Below, piece after piece: positions 22,558 through 36,713 of a stretch of DNA of 64,000 bases. The DNA comes from Azolla caroliniana (taxonomy: Eukaryota > Plantae > Polypodiophyta). The stretch is from contig JBHGNT010000001.1 of assembly GCA_043228905.1 (NCBI GenBank), positions 21,948,001 through 22,012,000 on the forward strand. The letters run 5' to 3'. The stretch's first letter is position 1, and each line of letters opens with the position of its first letter. The notes below the pieces were generated by a model that had not been told where the DNA came from, did no database searches, and saw only the letters and a list, made by a program, of their open reading frames with translations. The position numbers and the translations under genes are program-made.

Positions 22558-25448
22558 TGTTGAGTAATTGTTGCGGTATAGATCACAATAAACGAACTAC
22601 GCATTGAAATACGAATCACAGAAATGCCAGAAAAACAAGACAAATAGAAGTATACACAGAGATTTACGTGGAAACCCTAAAACGGGGAAAAACCACGGGT
22701 GAACAGATTCTTCACTATAGTATAGTGGATATACAATACAGAGAGGATTACAACACAAGGCTCTTCGCGTCTGCTGTTACACACACAGCTATGGCGCGGC
22801 TCTCACTTCTCTCTCTTACTCTCACAGTTCTCCACACACATAAAGTTTGCCCTAGTTGTATATATACTTACACAACTTTCTAGCTATTTACATACGTAGC
22901 CCTCATGGGGCGCACACTTAGACTATTTACAAGTATAGTCACCCGAGTTGGCTATTTACACGATTCCGGTTTCCACACATCATCAACTCGGCTCCTCTCT
23001 CTTTCCCATCTGGAGGGACTTGTTTCCACACATCATCATTATTATTATTACTATAATAATAATAGTCGAATCTTCAAATAGTCGACTCACTGTTTTTGAC
23101 TCTTCGACTGTAGTCTTTCCAAACAGTCGGATTTTCCCTGTCATCGACTTTCGGCTTTCCGATTAGTCGGTTCTTCCTCCCACTGGAGGGACATATTCCC
23201 AACAAACTCCCCCTTCACTCATGTGGGAGGAAATCTGTCAGTCTTGTATTTTGTCGACAGACTCTGAGTCTGTCCATAGGTAGGTTCTTCGTCTGCATGT
23301 TAGATCCATTGTCGTCTGTATGGCTCTTCACAAGAGCGAACTCTCCATCTTCGACTCTCTCCCGCAACCAGTGATACCTTTTCTATATGTGCTTGGTCCG
23401 GGAGTGATATGCCGCGTTCTTGGCTAGGTGTATGGAGCTTTGACTGTGACAGTGAAGCAAGAACTCCTTTTGCTTCATGCCTAATTCGGTGAGAAAATTT
23501 CTCATCCAAATCAGCTCTTTTCTGGCCTCTACCACTGCCATATACTGCCTCTGTAGTCAACAAGGCCACGACACTGCTCCCCCTGCATAGGTCATCACGT
23601 ACCCTGACGTGGATCGGCTTGAGTCGACATCTCCTGACATGTCCGAATCGGTAAAACCTTCTAGTACAGGTTTTCCGACACCATATCTTAGGCACACCTC
23701 CAAGGTTCCTTTCAAGTACCTGAGTATCCACTTCACCGCTGCCCAGTATTCTCTCCCTGGATTACTCATATATCGGCTTACTGCTCCTACAACAAATGCT
23801 ATGTCCGATCTCGTACAGACCATAGCATACATTAGACTGCCGACTGTTGTGGCAGATGGTACCTTCTTCATCTCACCCTTTTCCTTCTGCCCTTTCGGAC
23901 CATCCTTCGCATTCAATCTGCAGTTTGTCGGCAACACTAAGCCGACTAGCTTTGCGTTCGACATGTTGAACCTCTCTAGGATCTTCGTCACATACTTCTA
24001 TTGTGACAACCATAGCACCTTCCGAGCTCTGTCTCGGGTTATGTGCATTTCTAGGATTTCCTTTGCTGGTCCAAGGTCTTTCATGGAAAATGATTTTCCG
24101 AGACCTTTCTTCAAGCTTCCAATCTTCCTTGCATCTTGGCCGACTATCAACATATCATCAACATATAGCAAGAGAATCAAGAAATCTCCTTCCTCGTACC
24201 TTTTTACGAACACACAATGATCAACTTGTGTTTTTTGGAATTGATGTTCTATCATGAAGGACTCGAATTTCTTGTACCATTGGTGTGGAGCGTGTTTCAC
24301 ACCATACAAGCTTTTCCTAAGTCGACACACTAGATTCTCTTTCCCTTTCTCCTCAAGCTTCACATACCCCATGAACGTGTTGATGTGTTCGACGATGCTC
24401 TCACCGTCTCTGTATTTCAGCTATACGATCTTTCTCATCAATGAGTTTCTGTTTAGCGTGTTCTTCCTCTTGTACAAACCCGACAGCTTCTACCACATCT
24501 CGTGGGGATTCGTGTTGTTCGCCACATGCTGAAGGACACTTACATCGACACATTCTCAGATTGTGGCCACCGCCTTCCTATTCAGAAGCTTCCAGTCTGA
24601 CTCCAATACCCCCCTGGGTATTTTTGCTCTATCTACTGGCTCGTACAGGTCTTTAACTATGAGAAGGTCTTCCATCTTTATCTTCAAGTCTGCATAGTTC
24701 TGAGAGTTTAGAACTATCATACTTGGGAAACTGCTAACACCTCCTTCCATGCTTGCACCTCAAGCTCTGATACCAGTTTGTTGAGTAATCATTGTGGAAT
24801 AGATCACAACAAACGAACTACGCACTGAAATACAAATCATAGAAATGCTAGAAAAACAAGACAAACAGAAGTATACACAGAGATTTACGTGGAAACCCTA
24901 AAACAGGGAAAAACCAATGGTGAACAGATTCTTCACTATAGTATAGCGGATATACAATACAAAGATGATTACAACACTCTGTCGAGTGTATCAGCCACAC
25001 AGGGCTCTTCGCATCTGTTGTTACACACACAGCTATGGCGCGGCTCTCACTTCTCTCTCTTACTCTCACAATTCTCCACACACACAAAGTTTGCCCTAGT
25101 TGTACACATACTTACACAACTTTTTGGCTATTTACATACGCAGCCCTCATGGGGTGCACACTTAGACTATTTACAAGTATAGTCACCCGAGTTAGCTATT
25201 TACACGATTCCGGTTTCCACACATCATCAACTCGGCTCCTCTCTCTTTCCCATCTGGATGGACTTGTTTCCACACATCATCATCATTATTATTACTATAA
25301 TAATAATAGTCAAATCTTCAAACAATCGACTCACTGTTTTCGACTCTTCGACTGTCGTCTTTCCGAACAGTCGGATTTTCCCGGTCGTCGACTGTCGGCT
25401 TTCCGATCAGTCGGTTCTTCCTCACACTGGAGGGACATATTCCCAACA
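22558..25448 (-). mobile_element. Internally deleted Tork/Tnt1-like Copia element; LTRs 22558-23204 and 24779-25448
   Basis: Perfect TSD GAAGT. PBS-Met 24775-24764. PPT 23205-23219. Gag N-terminus (LNSQNYADLKIKMEDLL) joined near 24370 to RT (LLLYVDDML, VGSLMYAMVCTR) and RNase H. Confidence 0.93.
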
Positions 25449-26302
25449 GAAGTCACTATACGGAAGTCCAAGTCCGACTCTTGATTATTCGTTCAACAAG
25501 GTCGACATGAACCGGTTAGTCTCTTACTCTATGTTGATGATTTAGTCATAGTTGGTGCCGACCTGGAAGAAATCTGCCGCGTAAAGTCTCAGCTTGCGGC
25601 ATCATTCGAAATGAAGGATCTTGGAGACCTTCATTACTTTCTTGGGATCGAAGTGATCCGCAACCCCGAAGGCATATTGATCCGCTAACGTCATTACGTG
25701 CTGAATATGCTCTTCAAGTTCGGGATGGCAAACTGTAAGCCCATCTCGACCCCTCTGGATAGAAACACAAAGCTTCGCGGAGATTCGGGAAAGGCATGCG
25801 ACCCGACACGTTTTCGACAGATTGTTCAAAGCCTGATATATTTGATGATCACCAGGCCGAACCTCAACTACCCGGTCGGACTGGTCAGTCAGTTTATGTC
25901 GCAGCCTATGGCCGAACACTTTCAGTGCGCGCAAAGGATATTGCGATATGTCAGCGACACAACAGACATGGCGTTGCTTTATTAGGTAGGCGTAGCCAAG
26001 CAATTAGTTGGCTACACGAAAACACCAGTGATCGTAGATCCATATCCAGATACGCCTTCTCATTAGGAAGTGTGGCGATTGCGTGGAGCAGTAAGAAGCA
26101 ACCGACAGTAGCACCTTCGAGCACGGAGGCCGAATATCGAGGGGCGACTGTCGCTACGTGCGAAGTAATTTGGCTGAAATGACTGTTACGACATCTACAT
26201 GTGGAGGTGTCTAATCCAACGACAATCTATTGCGACAACCTCAGTAGTATCCACCCTGCAAAAAACCCCGTACTCCACGCCTGGACCAAGCACATTGAGG
26301 TG

Positions 26303-27118
26303 TGCTGGGAGACAGGTCCCTCCAGATGGGAAGCGAGAAGAACAGTGCTGATGAGCAAACTCGGCCGAGGCCGATAGGTCGAGGCCGAAATCGGATGACG
26401 AGTATCCGGCTACGGAGAGTCGGATGGTGCAGACCCGGTGAGAACCGGATGACGAGTACCCGGCTACGGAGAGCCGGATGGTGCAGACCCGATGAGAACC
26501 GGATGACGAGTACCCGGCTACGGAGAGTCGGATGGTGCAGACCTGGTGAGAACCGGATGAGGAGTACCCGGCTACAGAGAGCTGGATGGTGCAGACCCGG
26601 TGAGAACCGGATGACGAGTACCCGGCAAGCGCCGGATGATGCAGGCCCAGTGAGGAGTGCTCACCAGATGAAGAGACATATTCGTAAATATGTTTCTGAG
26701 AGTCCATCGTGGCTATATTTGTAAATAGCTAAAAAGTCATATTAGTATGAATATGACTTAGGGCAAACTTTTGAGTGAGAGGTGTTATTCTTGTTTGCGC
26801 AAGATCAGAGCGCGTAACTGTGTACAGAGAGAGAGAGAGAGGAAGAGGCCGTTGCCTCTGTTGTAACCGCCACCTGTGGCGAAGATAGAAAGCTCGAGGT
26901 TGTTGCCTCAGTGCTTTACTGTTGTACACTGTAACATAGTGATAGTTTGCAGCCTGTGGGCTGCCGTGGTTTTTTTCCCTAGTTTGGGTTTTTCCACGTA
27001 AACATCCTGTGTACTCTTCTCTTCACTGTGTCGTGCATTCTTTCCCATTTTTTCTGTGTATGATTCTAAGCTCAGTTGTGGCCGAGCGTTGCGCATAGGA
27101 GGCGTGTAGTTCGTGTCA
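26303..27118 (+). mobile_element. Solo LTR, Tork-like family, with about five 54-bp repeats
   Basis: TG...CA ends with perfect TSD AGGTG; interrupts HIEV|xYHF of the element B RNase H; homologous to 83-781. Confidence 0.95.
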
Positions 27119-27855
27119 AGGTGCCCTACCATTTTGTCCGTGAGCGGGTCCTTTCCGATGAAGTCGAACTAGCATATTTTCCGACAAATCAGCAGGTTGC
27201 CGACATCTTCACCAAACCTCTTGGTCTCGACAAGTTACGACACCTCTCGGGTGTGCTAGGTTTGCGTCAGCTCGACACACCGAACTGGAGGGGGAGACAG
27301 GAACAAGAGAGTGAAAGGAGTGGAGGTGATTATCACGGCGGAAGTGACTGTGATGCGGAGTCGGATGAAGAATTCGATTTCGGGCCGGCTAAAAAAGCCG
27401 AAGAAGGAAGCAGGGGCCGTAACCACAGGGAAGAGCCGAAAATAGCCGAATCAGGGGGAGGTAAGGCCAATACCAAGACCTGGTCTGATATTGTCAAAGT
27501 TTTGAAAACAAAAGAAGAATTGGAGACAACCAATTCCTGAGAAAATGGAATTGAATGGGAAATGTTCGATTCGGAAATTACGAATTGACTGAGGGCCAAG
27601 CGGAAGAAATGGCAGAAAAAGCGGCACCAACACCGCGACAACAAGGGAGCTGAGAAGGGCCACATGAGCAGACAAGCCGACTGAAAGGGTCGAAGTGCGC
27701 CGTATCGAACGGGCAGAGGAGCGCGAGCAAGGCGTGAAGCCAGGAGAAGCCGGAGCGAAGATCTGAAGGAGCATGTGGAACTTCAAGTTGAGCTTGAGAG
27801 GGAGTGTTGAGTGAAAAGCTCAACATTGGCTACGTAACACGATGCGTAACCCAGT

Positions 27856-30800
27856 TGTTGAAACGTATGTGCGGAAGCGTAAGACAACATCTTGGCTGCG
27901 TAGCAACAGAGAGAGAGAGAGAGAGAGAGAGACAAAGAATAATACACAGAATACAGAGAGTACTCGGGAAAGATCGAGAGAGCAAAACAAGAATCTAAAT
28001 TCAAAAATTATATCAACACTCTGTACATACAATGTGCTCAACAACACCATTTATACAAGTCCTCATGGGACTGACAGAAGTACCGCGTACTTCAATGCTC
28101 ACTCGAGCATCTGACACTAACTACAAGACTAACTACCTAGTAGTCTAGGCTACTACTAGGCTTCCGGTTATTGTTTGTTCCGGTTAACGGGCTCCCCAGC
28201 TCACCGGCTCACTTGCTCACCGGCTCGCCCATCTGGCTTCATCCTTCCGGATGCCGATCCGGCTCAAGCTTGTTCAGCCGATCCAGATCTGATTGAGCTT
28301 GCCGCTCAACACTCCCCTCAAGCTCAACTTGAGCTCAAATCGTAGTGTGAGTCTCCATGGCAGCCGGTCATTCCACCCGGATCCTTCTGCCGTCACTCCG
28401 CCTTGCTCGCGCTCCTTGCTTCTGTTTTTGCACATCTCGACCTCCTCGGTTGCCTTGTTTGCTCAACAGGCCCAAATCAGCTCCCTTGTTGTTGTGACTT
28501 TGGCGCTTGTCGACCCACCGATTCCTTCGTGTAGGCGTCGACTTTTGCTGCCACCTCGTCCTCTTGGCCTTGAATTGATCCAGTTCTTCCAAATCCGTCT
28601 GTCGAACCAAATCAGCTATCTCCGATTCATTCTAGCTCTTGTCTGAATCGGTCGCACCCGATTCGTTTTCCGGTTCCGGGCCCTTCACCACATAGGACCA
28701 TGTCCGGGTCTTGGGCTTCTTCTTCCGGTCGGCTATGTCCTTCTTGACTCTACCGCCGCTGCCGCTTGCTCCGACTTGTTTGGATGTGTCAACTTCCTTT
28801 GTTGACTCGGCTCCTTTCTTCTTTTTGTCTCTCCCTTTGTCTGTTCTTCCCTCACCAGCGCAATCGACAGTCTCTTTGCCTTTGCCCTTTCCGGTGTCTT
28901 TGACTGTTCTCCCCCTCAAGTGTGGCACGTCGAGATGCTGAACACCAAGCATTTCGGTGAAGTGCTGCAACTTGTTCGATCCGAGCGGTTTGGTGAAGAT
29001 GTCGGTGACTTGCCGATCCGTATGAACATACCGAAGTTTGACTTCACTGTTCAGGACACGCTCACGCACGAAGTGGTAGTGCACTTCTATATGCTTTGTG
29101 CGAGCATGGAATATGGGGTTCTTGGCGAGCTGCATGTTGCTTATGTTGTCACAGTAGATCAGGATTGGGGTTGGCACCTCGATCCGAAGGTCTTGCAACA
29201 GTCACCAAAGCCAAATGGCTTCACAGGTGGCAACGATAGCGCCCCGGTACTCAGCCTTAGTGCTTGAAAGGGCCACTGTTGGCTGCTTTTTGCTGCTCCA
29301 CGCAACAACCGCGCTACCAAGAGAGAACATGTAACCGAAGGTGGATCGGCGATCCGATGCATCGCCGGCCCAGTCGGCATCAGTGTAGCCGACTAGCTCT
29401 TCGGTTATACCATGCCGGTATAACAAGCCCCGTTTATTCGTGCTGCTCACATATCGCAAAATGCGATGCGCACACAGAAAGTGCTAAACGGTTGGCTTCT
29501 GCATATATTGGCTGATCACGCCGACCAGATAACTGATGTCGGATCGGGTGATTGTCAAATATATGAGGCTTCCGATGATTTGTCGGAACTGTTCCTCATC
29601 GCAGGCCGGTCCGGAGTCGGGACAGAGTTTCTGGTTCTGGTCTAGGGGTGTAGAGATAGGTTAGCATTCCGTCATGCCGAACTTGTACAGCATATTCAAC
29701 ACATAGTGTTGCTATGAGAGCAATATGCCGTTGGGGGTTCGGATTACCTCGATCCCAAGGAAATAGTGAAGGTCCCCCAAATCCTTCATCTCAAATGCGT
29801 CTGACAGCTGGGACTTGACTCGGCTGATTTCATTGAGTCCGGGTCCGGTGATGACTAGATCATCAACACACAATTGGGGCATGCTCTTCTCCTCCAGCAT
29901 TGCCCTTGCTGCGTCGACAAACAACCGGTTCTTCCTCTCGGCCACACCGTTATGTTCTGGTGTGTATCTACAGCTGAACTCTTGTCAAGTTCCCTTTTGC
30001 TGCAGATAACTATTGAATTGGGAAGAAAAGTACTCTTTTCCACCATCCGACCGCAGGCACTTGATCTTCCTCTCCGATTCCTGTTCCACAATGCTTTGGA
30101 GGTTCCGGAAACAGTCGAAGACTTCGCTCTTCCGCTCAATGAGGTAGATCCGTGTGTGCCGACTATAGTCGTCGATGAAGGAGACGAAGTATCGACTCCC
30201 GCCAAGACTCACGTTCTTTGCCGGTCCCCATACATCCGAATGAATAAGGTCGAGCTTGTTGCAGCTACGGTTTCGTTCAGTGGGGAATGGAAGCCGGTGT
30301 TGCTTCCCGAGTTGGCAGGCTTCACATATTGGGGCCTGCCGGCCATTGAACTTCGGCAAACCGAAAACAACTTGTTTCATTTGCAAGTCTTGATCTGGCC
30401 GATCTACTTGTGCCAGAGATCAATATCCGATTCAATCTTCTGTCCTTTAGCGAACAAAGCGGTGCCTACGTCATTGGTGTCGAGGATGAACATCCTCCCA
30501 TCTTTGCGCCCTTGCGCAATAATCTGGCCCTCTTCCTCGATGAAGCACACAAGGTGTGTAAACTGCACCTGCATCCCCTAGTCAACGATCCGACTGACTG
30601 ACACTAGGTTCTTCGTGATAGTTGAAACATGTAATACGTTCATCAACTTCCCCTCTGTCCGACGTGGCTCAAAGGGACTTCTTTGACATGCACGATTGGG
30701 TGAGGAGTATCACCTCCAGTTTCGACGACTTCCGGTTGTTCCGGTTTCTCCAAGAAGGAGAACCACTCTTTGTGGCTCGTCATGTGATTCGACGCACCGG

Positions 30801-32651
30801 AATCAACGTACCACACTTCCTCCGATTCAGAAGCATTCTTCTTCATCGAGTTAGCCTCGTGTTTCATCACCAAGGCTGGCCCTTTACCGGCTTTTCCGGT
30901 TTTGGATCCTCTCGATCCTTCTGCGTAGTGCGAGTATTGCCGGTTCTCCCGACCGGTTTTGACGGATCCAAATCTGTCGGAATCGGAGTGCTTCTTCCAA
31001 CACTCGCTTTCTCTGTGGCCCTTTTTGCCACAGTACCAGCATTCCGTGGTGGATTTGTCTTGTCAGCCTTCGGCGCCGCCTTGACTCCCCCTGTTTGTGG
31101 AAGTCCCGGAATTGCTATCAACACGTTCTCTGTGCCTTCTTTCCTGCTCTTGTCGGCCGCCTCCAGTGCATGCTGACCCACCTCGTCCCCCACGCCCACG
31201 GGGCCTATCTGCCTCCGTGTACAACATCCGACTGTCTGATTGAGTGGTCCTGAACCCACTCGTGTGGTTTTCTTCGACCATCAGCATCGATTGCAAGTCG
31301 AAGAAGGTCGGTGGTTTCTCCCGGGTGCAGATCATTGTCCGTTTTTTGCCACAATACCAGCATTCCGTGGCAGATTTTTCTTGTCGGCCTCCGGCGTTGC
31401 CTTGACTCCCCCTGCTTGTGGAAGTACCGGAATTGCTATCGGCACGTTCTCTGTGCCTTCTTTCCTGCTCTTGTCGGCCGCCTCCAGTGCGTGCCAACCC
31501 ACCTCCCCCACGCCCACGGGGCCAATCCGCCTCTATGTACGACATCCGGTTGTCCGATTGAGTGGTCCTAGACCCACTTCCATGGTTTTCTTCGTCTATC
31601 AGCATCGATTGCAAGTCGAAGAAGGTCAGTGGTTTCTCCAGGGTGTAGATCGCTGTCCGGTTTGGCTCGTACCTTTGCGCTAGACCACCAAGGAAGATTT
31701 GTACCATTTCGTCCACCGTCATGTGGATGGACCCGAGCGCATTGCAAATCTCCTTTATTTTGGTGGTGTAGTCCATAACCGACATGTCTCTTTGTCGGAT
31801 GTTGTTCAATTGTTGCCGGAGCTGCAACTTACGAGCTGTGGTACTTGCGGCGAAAATCTTACGCATATTTTCCTAGGCCTCCTTCGACGTCTTTGCATCC
31901 CTAATGTAGCTAAGCATCTGATCGTGCACACAAGATGCGAGGCAGTATAATACTCGGCTCGCTCCTTGCTCCCACACTGGGAAGTTCTTGCGCGTAAGCA
32001 CTGGTGCTACCTCATTCATTCCTTCCGCGAAACTCCAATACCCATGCCCCAGTAGATACTAGTGCATTTTGTATGACCAGGACGCGTAGTTGCTCCGGTC
32101 GAGCTTCTCTATAGGAAGTGAACTCGCCATACCTCTGTCCATATTTTCTCTCTATCTACTGTTCTATTCCCACAACCGAGGTCTTCAACCCTTGCACTTT
32201 GATACCATGTTGAAACGTATGTGTGGAAGTGTAAGACAACAACTTGGTTGCGTAGCAGCACAGAGAGAGAGAGAGAGAATAATACACAGAATACAGAGAG
32301 TACTCGAGAGAGACAGAGAGAGCAGAACAAGAATCTAAATTCAAAAATTATATCAACACTCTGTACATACATCGTGCTCAACCACACCATTTATACAAGT
32401 CCTCATTGGACTGACAGAAGTATCGCGTACTTCAATGCTCACTCGAGCGTCTGACACTAACTACAAGACTATTAACTACCTAGTAGTCTAGGCTACTACT
32501 AGGCTTCCAGTTATTGTTTGTTCCGGCTAACCGGCTCCCCAGCTAACCGGCTCGCCGATCCGCCTCACCGATCTGGCTTCATCCTCCCGGATGCAAATCC
32601 GGCTCAGACTTGTTCAGCTGATCCGGATCCGGTTGAGCTTGCCGCTCAACA
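27856..32651 (-). mobile_element. Bryco/RLC5-like Copia element C (internally deleted); LTRs 27856-28311 and 32208-32651
   Basis: Perfect TSD CCAGT inside the element B 3' LTR. PBS 32207-32194. PPT 28312-28320. Integrase core is fused to the RT VDD motif (EKSMPQLCVDDLV). Confidence 0.93.
31021..31660 (-). repeat. ~320-bp tandem duplication in the element C gag
   Basis: The segment FFDLQSML..EENH...RGRGG...ECWYCGKK occurs twice. Confidence 0.9.
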
Positions 32652-32979
32652 CCAGTGCGTAGAGTGGGTGCGTAAAACAATACACATAACATGGCCATAT
32701 CGGTGCGTAAACCAAAATGCCGTTAGTATGGTATTCCTCGTAAGGAATAATTTTGGGACTTAGTGTAGTAGGCTCATTTATGAGCTGTCAAGTACTGTCA
32801 TTACTTGTGTCGACCCGATAGTCAGGGCTTGTATAAAAGGTGCTCACTGAGCACGAAGTATGTATAGAGTGTTATTATTTTGAAATAGAATTGAGTTATC
32901 TGCTCTCTCTCTTTCCTGTGTTTTTACGAACTGTGTACTCTATGTTTCACATACGCTTCCACATATATATTCTTTTACA

Positions 32980-33276
32980 ATGATGATAACAGATGATATA
33001 TTATGTGAAGAGTAAGTACAAAATAGCTATGCGGCTTAAAACTGGCGTTGAACCAATTTGGTTCGAAATAATGCCTTGTGCCTCTTTTTATAGTGTTCCC
33101 AGGAATAGTCTTGAAGCTTCTAGAATTTTCCAGAGATATCCGGAATATACAATAATTTTCTATAGTAAAACTTAAATGAAAATAATATCCTACGTGTTAC
33201 AATAGATAATGTAATGGTCAAGAGCTTGAGCCATATAACATAAGGTTATGGGTTTGAGTCTTGCCAAATCATGACA
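32980..33276 (-). mobile_element. Partial Tcn1-like chromovirus LTR, cut by the element B insertion
   Basis: Reverse complement starts TGTCATGATTTGGCAAGACTC and aligns with the LTRs at 38980 and 63628. Confidence 0.85.
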
Positions 33277-34516
33277 GGCTCTAACCTCTAGGAAACTCTC
33301 TTGAATTGACTAATACAATTGCATCTAGTTGCTTGTTTAGGGATTTCTCTTTGACCTTGTAATGTAACTCCTTTTTTTAATAAAATCATGCCACAAGTTG
33401 CATTAGCAATGCAGAAGATTTTGTATGATGTTTATAAGAACCCATCAATTGTAGAAGAAGGACATAACTTGGCAGACATTTGCAAAAGCAACTTTGACAT
33501 GTTGACAGCCACCCGTCAATGAGATCCATAGTCTCCTAGAGCAAGGATGACTATACTTTTTGTCAAACTATAAAGTAAATGAAAGCATGGTGAATTTTCT
33601 TGTCTTTGACATTGCAAAAGATGCTAGAAATTTGTGATGGTTAAAAATGAACTTTGTCGTTGGCCAACATTGATGTCATGAATAATGCACAATGAATTGA
33701 GTTGATCACTTGCCTACACTTCACAAGATCTAAAAATAGTTGTTCATCCCAATTGCTAAGAATACCCTCATATTTATAGGTTTTTAGTTGCGTTATTCTT
33801 GCTTTTTTCTTTTCTTTTCTTTCTACATATCCTCGAGTTTGTGTGATGCATTTTTCATATCATTATTTCTAGTTTGTCATACAAGAAAGCTCCCATTCTC
33901 ATCTTTCTTACAAATCTTTTCTTTTGAAATTTGGATAAGAGATGAAGAAGTTATGAGCTTTTTTCTCTCCTTTGCTTTTTCTGCCTTTTTCTTGCGTTTT
34001 TTTTCTTTTTTCCTGCTTTTTCTACTTTCACCTGCAAAAGCAAATTAAAAAGCCATATTGGTTACAAACAAAAAATACGGAAAAAGACTATTTGTGTGGT
34101 ACATTTATCGTCCTCTTTGCTTTGAGATCATGTACACTACAAGTTAGCTCTTGAAATTATGACTCACAAATTTTCACTCATAATTTTTATGAAATAATCA
34201 AGATTGTTTCGTTTCACATTGTGTGCCATTGAAAGTGTTCTTAAAAATGTTGTTGCAAGTGATTTAAAACATCTATGTTCTTAAGAATGTTGTTTGTACA
34301 TTGTCATGCTTCAAAGCATCCACTTTACGCTATATTGACTTATTTGAGTAAGAGATGATGCCAAAAACAATGGGAAGTAGACCCAGACAAATGCAAAAAC
34401 GATATAGAGCTTCTAAAATCTAGATCTTGGAGGATACATGCTCGAAAAACTTCACATGGGATCCAATAGAACCATGATGGAAAACTCTGAAAGTTAATAT
34501 TCAATTTTTTCGTTAT

Positions 34517-34903
34517 TGTTGAGATACAAGCTCAACATTGGGTGTGTAAACCGGGTGCGTAACGAGAGGCCGTAGCGGTGCATAAACCGGGAGGCCGTTG
34601 GATAGATATTCCGTGGAGGAATATTTTTTGGGAGTTAGTGTAGGGGCTCATTGATGAGCATTGAAGTACAAGTCAATACTTTTGTCAGTCTGTATGGACT
34701 TGTATAAAAGTGCTCTCTGAGCATATCTTATGTATAGAGTTTTAGAGTATTGTTTTGAAATAGAGTTTTTTGTGTTCTGCTCTCTCTGTCTCTCCCACGT
34801 ACACTGTGTTGATTAAGCTTTCCATTAAACCTTCCTTGTCTCTTGTCTTTTTTCTGTTGTTACTCGGTAGTGTCTGTTAAGCTTCCGCACGTATTCTTTT
34901 ACA
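34517..34903 (+). mobile_element. Bryco/RLC5-like solo LTR
   Basis: TGTTGAGATACAAGCTCAACA...TTTTACA with perfect TSD GTTAT. Confidence 0.93.
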
Positions 34904-34932
34904 GTTATTCATCTAAGCTTGGTCACAATATT

Positions 34933-36300
34933 TGTTGAGTAACAAGCTCAACATGGGCCGGATCGAACGTACACCGATCGGGTAGGCCCGAATCGGTTGA
35001 AGAAACCGGAAGCCTAATCGGACAGAGACTGATCGGCTAGGCCAGATCGGCTGGGGGCCGATAGATCGTTATGGGCCTATATTCCTATTTTAGTAAATAA
35101 GAATATTTGGGGTTGTTAATGTTAGGTTCTCGGTTTATGAGCATTAAAGTACTTGTCAATACTTGTGTCAGTCCTTTGGAGGACTTGTATAAAAGGTGCT
35201 CAGTGAGCACATCATCATGTACAAAGTGTTTTGTAATAGAAGTTGTTTTGTTGTCTGCTCGAGTCTATGTGTGTATATACCTAATTGTCTCGTGGTGTCC
35301 GACTGAGCCGACTATGTCTCTTGTGTACTAGCTTCTGCATACATGAATCTTTACATGGTATCAAAGAGCGAGGGTTGAGAAGAATCCTTTGTCGCCGACT
35401 TAGCTTTCTGACACAGGTCAAATAACAGGTTTCTGAAAAGGAAACGATACGAACATGGACAAAGGAACGGGGTAACTCCCTTTCAACAGAAAAGATTGAA
35501 ATGAGCAACTTTGCATCTTGGGCATACAAGATGCATCAATACCTGCTCGAACATGAGTATTGGAGCTATGTCAAAGGAGCTAACGATGTAGCACCATATT
35601 CGACACCCAGAGATTTTCCAGCCTAGGAAAAGGCGGCAAGCAGAGTCTTGTACTACTTAACATCCTATGTGAGCGATCCACTATTAAGCTATATCCAGGA
35701 TGCCAAGACGCCAAAGGATGTTTGGGCAAACCTAAAAAGGATATTCGCCTCAAGTACAAAGGCTAGAAAGCTACAACTTAGACAAGAGTTGAGCAATATT
35801 TGACAAAGAAACATGTCGGTGGCTGATTACACCTCTAAGATCAAGGAGATCTGCGACTCTCTCGCCTCCATCAATGTAACAATTGAAGAAGATGAAATGG
35901 TGCAGTTTTGCCTAGGATGTTTGGGGTAGAGGTTCAGATCATTCTGATCGGCAATCTGCACGAGGGAGAATATGCCATCCTTCTTTGAGTTGCAATCCAT
36001 GCTTCTCGTCGAAGAGAACCACACAGGTGCATAAATGAACATGTATGTTGACAACAAGATGTTGATGTGGCGGATCGATAGACAATGGAAATGGCTGACA
36101 AGAGCAGAACTAAAGGCACAGAGGAAGTGCCAACAACGGTGGACCCTCCACGAGCAAGGGGAGGTAGGCTGGTGCCGGGAGCCGGCATGGGAAAGCCACA
36201 GATTGTTGGTACTGTGGCCGGAAGAGCCACAAGGAGAGTGAGTGTTGGAAGAAGCGTGTTGATTCGGACAAAGGCGAATCAAGTAGAGCCGAGGCAGAAA
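34933..36300 (+). mobile_element. Truncated Bryco-like element: 5' LTR 34933-35355, PBS, decayed gag
   Basis: TGTTGAGTAACAAGCTCAACA...TTTACA followed by TGGTATCAAAG; gag remnants NFASWAYKMHQYLL and CWYCGRKSHKESEC. Confidence 0.85.
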
Positions 36301-36713
36301 TGCGACACCAATCGTAATATGTTGAAGTGTTGTTGGGTGGGCGGTGGAGTGTGAGGGGAAGAGAGAGAAACACGCACAATTTGTCATGGACACACAAAGC
36401 GCGGACTGGGACGGAGCACGAATGATGGGGCTAAGAGTGTGGAACTTAAGAAGTTGGGAACGATACAAGAACATGAAGACAGAGATAAAGATCAAGGAGA
36501 CAAGATGGGGCAAAATGAGACTACTAGATTAATGTGTCAATGACCGGTGTTGAATCACCTAAAAGGGACCAAGAAGGTTACAAGTATTTATACAAGTTCT
36601 AAGATTGAGTATCTCTAGAATATACCTATCTAGAATACACCATAGAATATTTTTAGAATACATTAAAGGCTCTAGAATATTCTAGAATGTATATATGCTA
36701 GAATATACAATAC

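Larger units (their letters stand above)
19471..32979 (+). mobile_element. Bryco/RLC5-like Copia element B (5' end outside the window); 3' LTR split into 27805-27855 and 32657-32979
   Basis: Degenerate gag (TSKIKEI), PR, IN, RT ([15 protein letters not shown]) and RNase H. PPT GAGAGGGAG at 27796-27804. LTR TGTTGAG...TTTTACA. Hosts three insertions. Confidence 0.88.
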
